The notes under the pieces are model-generated. The model searched no databases. It was not told where the DNA came from and was given only the letters and a program-made list of their open reading frames with translations. Shown here in pieces: positions 1 through 8,618 of a stretch of DNA of 64,000 bases. Each line of letters begins with the position of its first letter. Positions within the stretch are counted from its first letter, which is position 1. A program made the position numbers and the translations under genes. The stretch is from positions 1 through 64,000 of the IMG/VR virus record IMGVR_UViG_3300028592_000004; one strand, given 5' to 3'.

Positions 1-2
1 AC

Positions 3-281
3 AAGGTTCTCTACGCGGTGATCGTCGCCTGCAACCCACTTCTCCTGAGAGGTAAAACCACTCGTATATAGTGACGCAATTCCGCTGCCAATGAAGGCGT
101 CGCTGCCGAACGCCATGTGCGGCCGGAAGATCATATCGCCCAGCAACAAAACATGCGGCCGTTTGGAGCCCATCAGCAGAGGGGCGCCGTTGGTGGTCTG
201 AAAGACACCAGCCACGTGATTGGGATCACCGGTGTCTTGAACGATGAAGTTCATCGGGATGTGAAACGCCCGATCACCCAT
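3..281 (-). CDS. Hypothetical protein, 3' end outside window
   Basis: Own translation MGDRAFHIPMNFIVQD..., open to window edge; start overlaps stop of upstream gene. Confidence 0.5.
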   Translation of the reverse strand, partial: MGDRAFHIPMNFIVQDTGDPNHVAGVFQTTNGAPLLMGSKRPHVLLLGDMIFRPHMAFGSDAFIGSGIASLYTSGFTSQEKWVAGDDHRVENL

Positions 282-651
282 CAGGAGTTTGGCCGGGTTC
301 GTCCCCAGGAGGTTGTCCATCTGGTGGTGCCTTTCTCATGAGTTGCCAGACTCGATAGCGGTAGTAGATCCACTGCGCGGCCATCGTCGTCAGGAGCAGT
401 GCGCGTTCATTGTGCGACATGTCCTTGATGGCGACGCCACCGAGGCGGTTGTTGTGGAAGTACTTGTAGTGCTTGTTGACGAACAAGACTCCGCAGAGCA
501 TGTTCAATGACGACCCGAGCCACATGCCGGCGAGCTCAGCACGTGCACCAAACACGACACTGAGCAGAAACCCGCCCGCGACAGTCACTAGGAACGAGGT
601 ACAGATCGCGTAGAAGAACTCAGCGACGAGGATTCGATGGAGAGGTCGCAC
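274..651 (-). CDS. Hypothetical membrane protein
   Basis: Two to three hydrophobic segments; GGAG before GTG. Confidence 0.6.
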   Translation of the reverse strand: MRPLHRILVAEFFYAICTSFLVTVAGGFLLSVVFGARAELAGMWLGSSLNMLCGVLFVNKHYKYFHNNRLGGVAIKDMSHNERALLLTTMAAQWIYYRYRVWQLMRKAPPDGQPPGDEPGQTPDG

Positions 652-950
652 TCAATGGTCTCCGATTTTGTAACGACACGGCGAACACGCACTGTGCTCA
701 GGTGCTTGATCGTGTAACCCGCATTGAGCAGGTCAGCGATGCGAGTCTGGTACCAGACCGCGAGCTCCTCTGGCGTATCGCGAACGATGATCCGCTTCCA
801 ACCTTCGGATGTCTTCGTCTCCAGCGCATAATCCAACTGGATCTCAGGCTCATTCGGATCCGGCTCGACCGGACGCTCGATACGATCCAAGGCGGTGTTG
901 TAGTCGGGATCATCCGCACGACGATCCCAGTTGCCAAGTACATCCGGCAT
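588..950 (-). CDS. Hypothetical protein
   Basis: ATG 2 nt after upstream stop. Confidence 0.55.
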   Translation of the reverse strand: MPDVLGNWDRRADDPDYNTALDRIERPVEPDPNEPEIQLDYALETKTSEGWKRIIVRDTPEELAVWYQTRIADLLNAGYTIKHLSTVRVRRVVTKSETIECDLSIESSSLSSSTRSVPRS

Positions 951-952
951 AG

Positions 953-1177
953 CTATCTCCGCGGGTAGTGGGGACCGCCGATCACAGGACCCGGGACGCT
1001 GACCTTGACCGGAAAGCCCTCCCAGTCCGCGATCTTCTCGATCTCCGGATTCTTGCGGTCGAGATAGACGAAGAGGGTCGAGACGGCGGCGCCGATCCCA
1101 ACCCTCCCCTCTGATCCGACACGCTCCTGGAGGCGTTCAGCAGCCTCCTGCATCTGCTGTGGGTTGGGCTCGTTCAT
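953..1177 (-). CDS. Hypothetical protein
   Basis: ATGA overlap with upstream gene (MNEPNPQQ...). Confidence 0.55.
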   Translation of the reverse strand: MNEPNPQQMQEAAERLQERVGSEGRVGIGAAVSTLFVYLDRKNPEIEKIADWEGFPVKVSVPGPVIGGPHYPRR

Positions 1178-1665
1178 AGGCCGAGATCTCTCAGCACGAC
1201 AATGCTGGCGTCCACCGCGGCCAGGAATTGCTGGGGATTCGTCGCATCCCACTTGCACTCCGGCAGAGCTCGCGAACCGGGCTTGTACCTCCGCTGCAAA
1301 GACTTCGCCTTCCCGAACGCCTCAAGCGTCAGAAGGCTCGGCATCTGGACCATGTAGCCGAGCAAGCCAGCCAGCGTCCCGAGCCGAATGCAGTCGATGG
1401 CCTGCATGAGGTTTTGCACCTCTTCGGTCAAGAAGTGATAGCCCTCCTGACCCCACGTCACCGGCCGAATTGGCAGCAGCATGGATCCAGCCAGGCAGAC
1501 CATACAGACATCAGGATTGTCTGCATCAAGCCGGATGAAGACGTGCATGTTGATCTCCACATTCGGAGTCGACATCGCAGTGACGAGGTCATTCCGCGCC
1601 ATCTGCAACCAGTCCGCCATCGAGCGTGCCTTCTCGCCGAACTTCTTCTGATGAAAGTCGTGCAT
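1174..1665 (-). CDS. CxxCLAG-family protein, copy A
   Basis: SMADWLQMARNDL, CMVCLAGS, AIDCIRLG motifs shared with five paralogs. Confidence 0.75.
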   Translation of the reverse strand: MHDFHQKKFGEKARSMADWLQMARNDLVTAMSTPNVEINMHVFIRLDADNPDVCMVCLAGSMLLPIRPVTWGQEGYHFLTEEVQNLMQAIDCIRLGTLAGLLGYMVQMPSLLTLEAFGKAKSLQRRYKPGSRALPECKWDATNPQQFLAAVDASIVVLRDLGL

Positions 1666-2530
1666 CGCGCTCTTGCTTTCCCGGGACAGATCGGCGCCCG
1701 TTCCGGTCCCACACCTTGATCATGGCAATCATGCGCTTGGCAGCGCTGGAGCGATTCTCGGCGGTGATGGGACCGTGAGCCGAGATCGTATCGAGGAGAG
1801 CGTCAGCCAGTGCCTTTTCAAGCGTCGGCCGGTCGCTGCCCATGTTGATCGGCAAGTGGGCCTCGGTATCGAGAGCCTCCTTCCGTTGAGCATTGAGCCT
1901 TGCGGTTTCCTGCCTGTGCTTCTCCAGTGCGATCTCATCACCCTGGAGGCCAGCCAGTGTCTCTCGCAGAACGAGAATCTCGATCTGCCGCGAGGCTTCC
2001 AGCGCGGACCGAAGCCGAACCGCATACTCTTCGAGCGTATGCACGCGGTCGTTGAGGTTCCGGACGATCCGATCGCGCTGAATCCGAATGTCCTCGACAG
2101 GCTCGCCAGCCGGACCCGGAAGATCCTGAGGACCGGCTGCGCCCAGATGACCGGATCGGCCGTCGCAGAAGCCGTCCGGCGCGTGGTGCTGATGGACTGG
2201 CCGAAAGCCGGCCGGCCAACCCGGGCACCGCGGATCCATCGCATACTTGCCACAACCTTTGCAGCGAGGTGCGCGGTGAGGCGGATAAGGCAGCAGTGCC
2301 TTAATCCAGTCGTCAGCGAGCTGGTAGTCGCGAGTGTGCTGGTGCGTGACAGGATGCTCGTAGTCGTCCCACGAGTCGTCACCGCCGCGATACGACTGCG
2401 TGATCAGAGCCCGGCGCAACTGGTCCCAGGGAATTTTGTCGTCAGAGATGGGAACTCCTGCGATGAAGAGCGCACCTCTGACAATGATGAACGTCTCTCT
2501 ATCACGAGAGATGATGATTTCGTCGGACAT
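1589..2530 (-). CDS. Hypothetical protein with CxxC and coiled coil
   Basis: Long ORF from MSDEIII; CKGC motif; heptad-rich middle. Confidence 0.6.
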   Translation of the reverse strand: MSDEIIISRDRETFIIVRGALFIAGVPISDDKIPWDQLRRALITQSYRGGDDSWDDYEHPVTHQHTRDYQLADDWIKALLPYPPHRAPRCKGCGKYAMDPRCPGWPAGFRPVHQHHAPDGFCDGRSGHLGAAGPQDLPGPAGEPVEDIRIQRDRIVRNLNDRVHTLEEYAVRLRSALEASRQIEILVLRETLAGLQGDEIALEKHRQETARLNAQRKEALDTEAHLPINMGSDRPTLEKALADALLDTISAHGPITAENRSSAAKRMIAMIKVWDRNGRRSVPGKQERDARLSSEEVRREGTLDGGLVADGAE

Positions 2531-2531
2531 A

Positions 2532-2594
2532 CTACCCTGCAATGAGCCAGCCCAGGCCGAAGCCCAGTACGAGAAGAAAGAGAAGGCAACCCAC
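2532..2594 (-). CDS. Possible 20-aa hydrophobic peptide
   Basis: GTG start, MGCLLFLLVLGFGLGWLIAG, stop 1 nt before next ATG. Confidence 0.3.
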   Translation of the reverse strand: MGCLLFLLVLGFGLGWLIAG

Positions 2595-2624
2595 CGGACC
2601 GTGCCAAAGCGGCCGGTCCGGTGG
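2591..2624. other. Strong hairpin (terminator or translation-occluding stem)
   Basis: CCACCGGACCG / CGGTCCGGTGG perfect 11-bp inverted repeat; pyrimidine run downstream on minus strand. Confidence 0.55.
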
Positions 2625-2633
2625 ATGCTGCGA

Positions 2634-2653
2634 TTCAATCCGCGGGTTTTGAT
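2634..2653. promoter_or_regulatory. 20-bp TTCAAT-N8-ATTGAA site, copy 1
   Basis: TTCAATCCGCGGGTTTTGAT at gene junction. Confidence 0.7.
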
Positions 2654-3042
2654 CAGGCCTTGGCAGGATAGTAGCCCTCGGGCGGTGCGTGGGCCTCCCA
2701 GAAGGAGTCCTTCTCACCGTTCCAGTAGTTGGCCTGCTGGAGCATCTGCAAGGAGTGCTCCTGATCGTCCGACAGGAGCAGGAGCATGCCAATCCGGGCG
2801 ACCGAAGTGGTGATCTTCCGGCGACGCTCCGAATCGCTGGAAGCGAAGTTAGCGCCGTCCATGAAGTCAGACAGCGCCATCTCCAGGTCGTCGAGTGCTC
2901 GATCCTTCGCCCAGAGGATCCCGGCTTCCGGCATGGAAACGGTCTTCATTCGATTTCCTTCAATACAGCTGCCAAAGGCCCCGGTCGCTTCAGTCAGGGC
3001 CTGCTCCAGCTTCGTCTTTGCCTCGTCGATCCGGGTCGCCAT
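2653..3042 (-). CDS. Hypothetical helical protein
   Basis: ORF in the same-strand gene run. Confidence 0.6.
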   Translation of the reverse strand: MATRIDEAKTKLEQALTEATGAFGSCIEGNRMKTVSMPEAGILWAKDRALDDLEMALSDFMDGANFASSDSERRRKITTSVARIGMLLLLSDDQEHSLQMLQQANYWNGEKDSFWEAHAPPEGYYPAKA

Positions 3043-3904
3043 AGCGTCGCTTCTTGAGGAGTCGAACGGCCGCTGCCGGGTTCAGCAGCGTGAAGAAGAT
3101 CAGATGAGTCGGCTCTCCGGTGAGAAAGGTCCCATCCGGGTGCGGATCGTGGACATAGTCGAAGCCCATGAGGCCACGACAGCGTCCGACAACCGCGTGC
3201 CGACCAGTCGTGCATTCCCGCGGCGAGTTCCCGATGATGATCACTGGGGCCTGGCGCGGGACAGGGTAGAGGATCGGACGGTCGTCGAGAATCAACTCGA
3301 TGGCCTGGAGTCCGAAGCCAGCCAGCCACTCCTGAAACACGTCCCAGTCCCAGGAGTCGCCGTCGCAGGCGGTCGGAACGTGCTCGACAGGGACGTCCAG
3401 CACGGTCGCGACACAAGCCCGGAAACAGCTCGTCGGGGTCGGCTGCGTCACCCGGATGGCCACAGGCACCAGTGTACGGGCAGTCAGCTGCTCCGTTAGC
3501 ACACTAATGTCATTGCAGGCCGCGTCCCAGCAAGCCTTCATGGCTCGGGCGTCGGCGTGTGCCATCCGAAGCATTTTGCGGGCTGCTACGAGCGCAGGCG
3601 TCGCGTCAGGCGGCTCCGAGGACGTTTCCGCGGCCCGAATCTCTCGGGAACGCCTCAAAACGTCTCGGAGAGCCTCTCCGTGACCCATAAGCCCGCCAAA
3701 AGCCAGCTTCGCATCGGAACTCATCCATGCGAAAGCTGGCTCAGATTCAACTCTACCGATCTGTCCGAAGATCTGGGCGGCAATGCCGGCCAGCAGATCG
3801 AGGAGGAGGTTTTCGGTCGGGATCTCCGCCGCAGACCGCGCGAACGACTCGCGTGCTTCTGCGACAAGCTCGTCATAGGACTTAGAGGGTCCACTCGTCG
3901 ACAT
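2990..3904 (-). CDS. Protein with C-terminal papain-like (C39-type) cysteine peptidase domain
   Basis: Q-x5-C in VTQPTPTSCFRACVA, HAVV, VHDP: C39-like Cys/His/Asp order. Confidence 0.5.
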   Translation of the reverse strand: MSTSGPSKSYDELVAEARESFARSAAEIPTENLLLDLLAGIAAQIFGQIGRVESEPAFAWMSSDAKLAFGGLMGHGEALRDVLRRSREIRAAETSSEPPDATPALVAARKMLRMAHADARAMKACWDAACNDISVLTEQLTARTLVPVAIRVTQPTPTSCFRACVATVLDVPVEHVPTACDGDSWDWDVFQEWLAGFGLQAIELILDDRPILYPVPRQAPVIIIGNSPRECTTGRHAVVGRCRGLMGFDYVHDPHPDGTFLTGEPTHLIFFTLLNPAAAVRLLKKRRYGDPDRRGKDEAGAGPD

Positions 3905-4155
3905 CAGTTCGTGTCCAATCCGCGGATGCGATCAAACTCTTGCGGTGCGTCCTCAGGAACGGCGTCCGTGAAGGTCACCAGCCCGAGAATGTAGTGGTAG
4001 CCGTGGTAGTACATCGGCTCACAGCGGGTGATCTCGATTTTCTGCGTCTCGGGGCGAGTCAGCGAAACGATGCAGTTCTGAAACTCCACTTCGGCACCCG
4101 CTTTACTGTCCTCAAAGCCGGTGTCGATCTTCTCCAGGCGAAGTTGCGTTTTCAT
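3904..4155 (-). CDS. Hypothetical protein
   Basis: Tight packing with neighbours. Confidence 0.55.
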   Translation of the reverse strand: MKTQLRLEKIDTGFEDSKAGAEVEFQNCIVSLTRPETQKIEITRCEPMYYHGYHYILGLVTFTDAVPEDAPQEFDRIRGLDTN

Positions 4156-4156
4156 C

Positions 4157-4516
4157 TCAGACCGTCGCGAAGAAGTTGAGGGCCTTCCGAAGCAGCTCCA
4201 TCGTCGTCGGCCGGATGGCGACGCGTTCCGGCATACCGGTCTGTAGATGCCACTTCCGGAACTTCGTGTGCCAGGTGCTGATCAGCTTACGAGCGGCTTC
4301 GCTGAATTGCTTCTGCCACTCACAGCGGACACGACCGTACTTGGTCTTGTCCCACATTTCGACGATGACCGCGTACGGGAAGGTCCTCGCGAACTCATCC
4401 CCGCGGATCGTCATGACGAAAGCGACAGCCTTCGAGCTGTTCATGGACGAGTCGAGATCCTCGAACTCGGTGCGGTGTTCGGGCGGCTCGTACCGCCCTT
4501 GAAGGACTCCGCTCAT
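4157..4516 (-). CDS. Hypothetical protein
   Basis: ATGA overlap. Confidence 0.6.
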   Translation of the reverse strand: MSGVLQGRYEPPEHRTEFEDLDSSMNSSKAVAFVMTIRGDEFARTFPYAVIVEMWDKTKYGRVRCEWQKQFSEAARKLISTWHTKFRKWHLQTGMPERVAIRPTTMELLRKALNFFATV

Positions 4517-4758
4517 TCGAGCACCTCATGATCCGATAGAGACTCGCCGCAAGCGGAGCAACGAGTGTCTGAATGAAGGCCCTTAGCGATGTTGCCGTCT
4601 GTGTCGACCAACTCGGCGCCGGCGCCGAGCCGAGACGGCGTCACCCAGGGCATGCTGCCCGTCGCAACAAACTCGACATCCACCGAGTTCGGTAACAGAA
4701 GGTTGGCCCCACATTCAGGGCATTCAGTGACCTTGTAACGGTGACGGAAGTCGCTCAC
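4513..4758 (-). CDS. Zinc-ribbon protein
   Basis: CPECG ... CSACG. Confidence 0.65.
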   Translation of the reverse strand: MSDFRHRYKVTECPECGANLLLPNSVDVEFVATGSMPWVTPSRLGAGAELVDTDGNIAKGLHSDTRCSACGESLSDHEVLE

Positions 4759-5120
4759 TCCACTACCTCGTCACCCTGGAAGGCGTGCGGGAATTCGTGG
4801 AAGCCGAGCACCTTCCGCTCGCCGGCCACTCGCTTCTCCAGCCGCCACTGCGCCAGGTTGGCGACATTGGCACTGCGGTGGGCGATGAGCCCGTACCGGC
4901 GGTCCCGGTCCCACACCTCTTTGACGACCTTAGAGATCAGGTGCGGTGGCTTGTCGTACCGCTTCGGACGAAAGACTCCCAGGATCGGGCCATAGACGAC
5001 TGGCAACCAGCCATCCTTCTCGGCCCAATCCCAGAGATCCTTCAGAGCCATGTCCACTTCAAGCTGATCTTGCTCGTGGAAGGCTCGAAGAAGACGTTCA
5101 AGGCAAAGCAATGGATCCAG
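4755..5120 (-). CDS. Hypothetical protein (LW-x-[HW]A...LPV family), probable CTG start
   Basis: AAGGAGG 6 nt before CTG-GAT-CCA, 1 nt after upstream TGA; LWDWAEKDGWLPVVYGPILG matches two paralogs. Confidence 0.6.
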   Translation of the reverse strand: MDPLLCLERLLRAFHEQDQLEVDMALKDLWDWAEKDGWLPVVYGPILGVFRPKRYDKPPHLISKVVKEVWDRDRRYGLIAHRSANVANLAQWRLEKRVAGERKVLGFHEFPHAFQGDEVVE

Positions 5121-5121
5121 G

Positions 5122-5673
5122 TCACGCCTCCTTTCCGTTGATGCCACGCAGGATCTGGAACTGGTCCCCAATCAGGAACTGCATACCGTCCCGCTTCTCG
5201 TTGAAGATCCGATGTCCGGCACACTGTGGTTCGCGGCAGTACTTCAGCAGCTCCTGTTCGAATGCGGCGGGGATCACGATAAAGTTTGGCCGAGCGCCAA
5301 CGAACTGACCGCGGGAGTGCTGGATTGCCTCGCCGATCGAGTCTCGGGTGTAGATGTTCCGCCACACCTGCAGGTCGATGTGGTCGAGACTGGCCGTCTG
5401 AGCCGACAGCAGATCGAACTTCGCGCCGACCAGAACCTGGAGGCCGTAGATCGACCTTGTGTAGTCCCGATCGGTGGGCAGCGGAACGACGCCTTGCGGA
5501 TTGTCGTTCCAAAGGTACATCGTCTGCCACATGTCGGGCGGGGCGATGAGGTGGGTCACCCGACGCTTCATCGGGCGAAAGAGCCGGTCGAGCTCCTGGA
5601 TCGCCGGGGACAGCTCCTCCGGCGTCTCGGGATACTCACCGTTCAGGAACTTCGGAGCTTCGAAGTGGGTCAT
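5122..5673 (-). CDS. Hypothetical protein, weak capsid A-domain-like segments
   Basis: THLIAPPDMW...IYGLQVLV and RPNFIVIPAAFE. Confidence 0.55.
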   Translation of the reverse strand: MTHFEAPKFLNGEYPETPEELSPAIQELDRLFRPMKRRVTHLIAPPDMWQTMYLWNDNPQGVVPLPTDRDYTRSIYGLQVLVGAKFDLLSAQTASLDHIDLQVWRNIYTRDSIGEAIQHSRGQFVGARPNFIVIPAAFEQELLKYCREPQCAGHRIFNEKRDGMQFLIGDQFQILRGINGKEA

Positions 5674-6082
5674 GAGTTGCCTCGGGATGGGCGTCGACCT
5701 TCAGGTAGAAGAAATCGACGTCGTGGAATTCGAGATAGACCCGGGCCTGCTGGAAATCCTGCCCGAGAGCGAAGGCAAGATGCTGGACGGCGGCGCGGAA
5801 GTTATGCCAGGTGTCACCGAGCTTCCAGATCTCTGGATTACGAACACCAGTGATGACGAAGACAGGCTCGCCGTCCTCGGGACAGCCGCGGGCCATCTCG
5901 TAGAGGGCATTTCCAAGCATGACAACACAGCTGACTGCATTGCCCCACTTGTCGCGAATGTGGAGGTTGTGCCTGTCGATCGCGTGCTGAAGGAGCCGAC
6001 GATCATTCATCGGCACTTCGCCCTGAAGCTGTTTGTAACCCGGCTGGATGCCAAGAGTGATGCGGAAGGCTTCAGTCTTCAT
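5636..6082 (-). CDS. Hypothetical protein
   Basis: ORF with GCPEDGEP...RNP motif. Confidence 0.6.
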   Translation of the reverse strand: MKTEAFRITLGIQPGYKQLQGEVPMNDRRLLQHAIDRHNLHIRDKWGNAVSCVVMLGNALYEMARGCPEDGEPVFVITGVRNPEIWKLGDTWHNFRAAVQHLAFALGQDFQQARVYLEFHDVDFFYLKVDAHPEATHDPLRSSEVPER

Positions 6083-6530
6083 CTTCAGCTCCGAAGTGGA
6101 GAGCGTCCTTCAAGCGGACTTCCGGGTTGTCCGGAGCCGCAGAGCACTCGTCATTCGCCTGGAACGCCGTCAGGTTCGGCGTCCCACAGTAGACGCACTG
6201 CCCCAGGAAGTCCTGACCCTTCGGGCTCGTGCGTTCGAGAACATGCGTTGCCATGAGGTTCCTCAGGAATGTATCGCCGAGGGGAGCATTCACCGCTGCA
6301 AAACCCAAGCGGCGAGCGAGACACGCGCTGAGCTGGACTGTGTCGTAGAACGGCCTTGTCTTCGACAACTCGATGACGTAGACCGGCCCGCGAATAATCC
6401 CATTCGGTATAGGCCCCGCAAACGGAATAGTGAGCCCTGCGTACGGTGCGAAGTACTGAGTGGCCGGCCGAGCTCCCAAGGCAGCGGCAAAGCCACCCAG
6501 GAGTCGGCCGAAGAAGGTTCTGCGTTTCAC
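6072..6530 (-). CDS. Twin-arginine-signal protein with C-terminal CxxC
   Basis: MKRRTFFGRLLGGFAAALGA; CVYC. Confidence 0.65.
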   Translation of the reverse strand: MKRRTFFGRLLGGFAAALGARPATQYFAPYAGLTIPFAGPIPNGIIRGPVYVIELSKTRPFYDTVQLSACLARRLGFAAVNAPLGDTFLRNLMATHVLERTSPKGQDFLGQCVYCGTPNLTAFQANDECSAAPDNPEVRLKDALHFGAEDED

Positions 6531-7039
6531 GAGTCGTCCTCGTCTTCGTCGGGCGCAAATTCGATCTCGACGTCGAGATGGTGTTGGAGCTTAGCCAGAT
6601 CCGCATCCGAAACAAACCGAAGCGCGATCTGAAAGGCTTGCTGCAGATCACCGATCTCGTGATCCGGTTCAGACTCCTCGCCGTGCCGCTGAGCACGGTC
6701 GATCATCTGCTGATAGATTTCGTCGCGAGACACTGTTGGCTCCTGCCCCGGGCTGGGCATTTCATAAATCCGCGTCGGCGGAAGGATCTGAAGCTGGCCG
6801 AGAGCCCCAGGATTCCGAAGAAGCCCAGTGATCTTCTCGCAGTCGGCCGGCGACAGCCGATTCATCGTGAGCACCGATTGCCGCTCCATCGAGCTGTAGT
6901 CGGCGAGCCGGAACGGCATGGCTCCGGACATCGGCGGCATGTCATAGAGCGGAGACGGCGCCGAAGCCGCCACTTTACCGAGACCGAGCATCGAGGCGAC
7001 ACCGCCCACAACCCGGCCGAAGAAAGTTCTACGTTCCAT
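6527..7039 (-). CDS. Twin-arginine-signal protein
   Basis: MERRTFFGRVVGGVASMLGL. Confidence 0.65.
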   Translation of the reverse strand: MERRTFFGRVVGGVASMLGLGKVAASAPSPLYDMPPMSGAMPFRLADYSSMERQSVLTMNRLSPADCEKITGLLRNPGALGQLQILPPTRIYEMPSPGQEPTVSRDEIYQQMIDRAQRHGEESEPDHEIGDLQQAFQIALRFVSDADLAKLQHHLDVEIEFAPDEDEDDS

Positions 7040-7046
7040 GTAGCAC

Positions 7047-7517
7047 CTAGACTCCCTTTGCTTTGAGCAGAGCGAGGACGGCGTCCATTCCAGTCCGCCA
7101 GTCCTCCGGGCTGTCTGTATACCGGGTCACGTGGACGTTTGGAATCTCATTGCGCAACCAGAGCTCCTCGCACCGCGAGCGCGTCGCGGCAGGGATCAGC
7201 AGCGAATGGCGCACATCACACAGAGCGGATTCGATGTCACCACTTCGAAGGTAATCCAGCGCCTGAAGAATTCGTGCGAATTCAGGCGTCATGTGGTGCG
7301 GATAGGTGGTTCGCTCAAGCGGCACTTCGCCGGTCTGAGCCATGACCGCCCCGCCCAAGCAGACCAGACACACACCCTCCGCCGGGTGGTGCCAGCTGCT
7401 CATGTCGATTTCGTAGCGAGGATCCTGCTCGCATTTGCGTAGGTCCTCAAGGGCAAGCTCCAGCCACTCGGACAAAGCCCGGGGCTGGAGCTGATCAACA
7501 GCAGCAAATTCCGACAT
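7047..7517 (-). CDS. CxxCLAG-family protein, copy B
   Basis: LSEWLELALEDL, CLVCLGG, ALDYLRSG. Confidence 0.75.
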   Translation of the reverse strand: MSEFAAVDQLQPRALSEWLELALEDLRKCEQDPRYEIDMSSWHHPAEGVCLVCLGGAVMAQTGEVPLERTTYPHHMTPEFARILQALDYLRSGDIESALCDVRHSLLIPAATRSRCEELWLRNEIPNVHVTRYTDSPEDWRTGMDAVLALLKAKGV

Positions 7518-7525
7518 AGACTCCT

Positions 7526-7768
7526 TCAGCAGGGCTCGCCCCGCGCTGGTGGGACCATTTCAAAGAGCACCTGAACGAGCTGCTGCTCACTCAGGATCTC
7601 CGGATGCTGTCGCGCAGCCGCGATCAATCGCACCACAGCCACCGGGCCGTCCATACCACGAATGCTGTCGGCCAAATCGTAAAGCGACGTCGTGTCTGCG
7701 TTCGGAAAGGAGCGGTAGTTCGAAAACGACTCCTTGGCGTTGAGAATCAGCGTCGAGAGACCGTTCAT
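7526..7768 (-). CDS. Hypothetical protein
   Basis: ATG 2 nt after 20-bp site. Confidence 0.5.
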   Translation of the reverse strand: MNGLSTLILNAKESFSNYRSFPNADTTSLYDLADSIRGMDGPVAVVRLIAAARQHPEILSEQQLVQVLFEMVPPARGEPC

Positions 7769-7770
7769 TG

Positions 7771-7790
7771 TTCAATACCCGCGGATTGAG
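7771..7790. promoter_or_regulatory. 20-bp site, copy 2 (inverted spacer)
   Basis: TTCAATACCCGCGGATTGAG fills most of the intergenic gap. Confidence 0.75.
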
Positions 7791-7791
7791 T

Positions 7792-8127
7792 TCAGAGCAT
7801 CTTCGCGGCCAAGAGCAGCGTCAGCAGGTGGAACGCATTGTCCACCACGATGCTGCTCCAAGGCCCCATGTTGTCACGGAAGCCGGCCTGGCCGGCATGC
7901 CCCATGTACCAGTGGATAAACTGGCTGCGGTCGATCGCAAAGTGCGTCGCGAACAGCCAGAAAAGCGGCAGCAACGACCAGCAGCCACTGCAGGTCGCCA
8001 CCGCCAGGGTCCAGACAAGGCAATGCACCGCACAGGGCAGTGACGCCTTCTTCTTGTTGAGGGCCATCCAGTGGTTCTGGAGCAGATAGTCCCCAACCAT
8101 GTGGCCGACAATCATCTCGGCAAGCAT
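7792..8127 (-). CDS. DUF3307-like membrane protein
   Basis: GHMVGDYLLQNHWMALNK...VHC...VDNAFHL His/Asp pattern in hydrophobic helices. Confidence 0.65.
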   Translation of the reverse strand: MLAEMIVGHMVGDYLLQNHWMALNKKKASLPCAVHCLVWTLAVATCSGCWSLLPLFWLFATHFAIDRSQFIHWYMGHAGQAGFRDNMGPWSSIVVDNAFHLLTLLLAAKML

Positions 8128-8618
8128 TACAACTCCACCTCTTTCAGTTTGTCGGCGACGGCCTGGATGTAGGCAAAGAACTCAGCGTTCGAATCATTGC
8201 GGCTGTAAACCCACTCGACAGCGTCCGGCAGGCTAACAGGCCAACCAGAAAAACCGAGTGGACTCATCTTTTTGCGATCTGCCTCAGGAATGTAGCCGAC
8301 TGCGTCCTGAGCGTAGATGAGCGAGGTCTGGATGTGGCCACCACGGACAGCGTCGATTGCCTGGAGCAGATTTCGCTCAAACTGCGTGAGGCTGTGGAAC
8401 TCGTCCGCGAACCGGCTTGTCGGGTTGTGCCCGGCACCGGCCAGCACAGAGCCAGCCAGGCAGACGCGGCAGACACCCGGACGGGTGTAGTGCTGTTTGA
8501 GAAAGCAGGTCATATCGACCTCAAAGACTGGGTCCAGTTCGACCCGCTTGAGATCAGCAATAGCGAGTTCAAGCCACGCGGAGAACTTCCGCGGGCTCAT
8601 GTCGTGGGCTGGCGTCAT
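8127..8618 (-). CDS. CxxCLAG-family protein, copy C
   Basis: HDMSPRKFSAWLELAIADL, CRVCLAGS, AIDAVRGG. Confidence 0.75.
   Translation of the reverse strand: MTPAHDMSPRKFSAWLELAIADLKRVELDPVFEVDMTCFLKQHYTRPGVCRVCLAGSVLAGAGHNPTSRFADEFHSLTQFERNLLQAIDAVRGGHIQTSLIYAQDAVGYIPEADRKKMSPLGFSGWPVSLPDAVEWVYSRNDSNAEFFAYIQAVADKLKEVEL

Noticed and set aside
2531-2638. TTG start at 2638 for the 349-aa ORF (likewise TTG at 23181 and 35835)
   Set aside because: These TTGs are just the ATTGAA arm of the 20-bp site; downstream ATGs fit gene packing better
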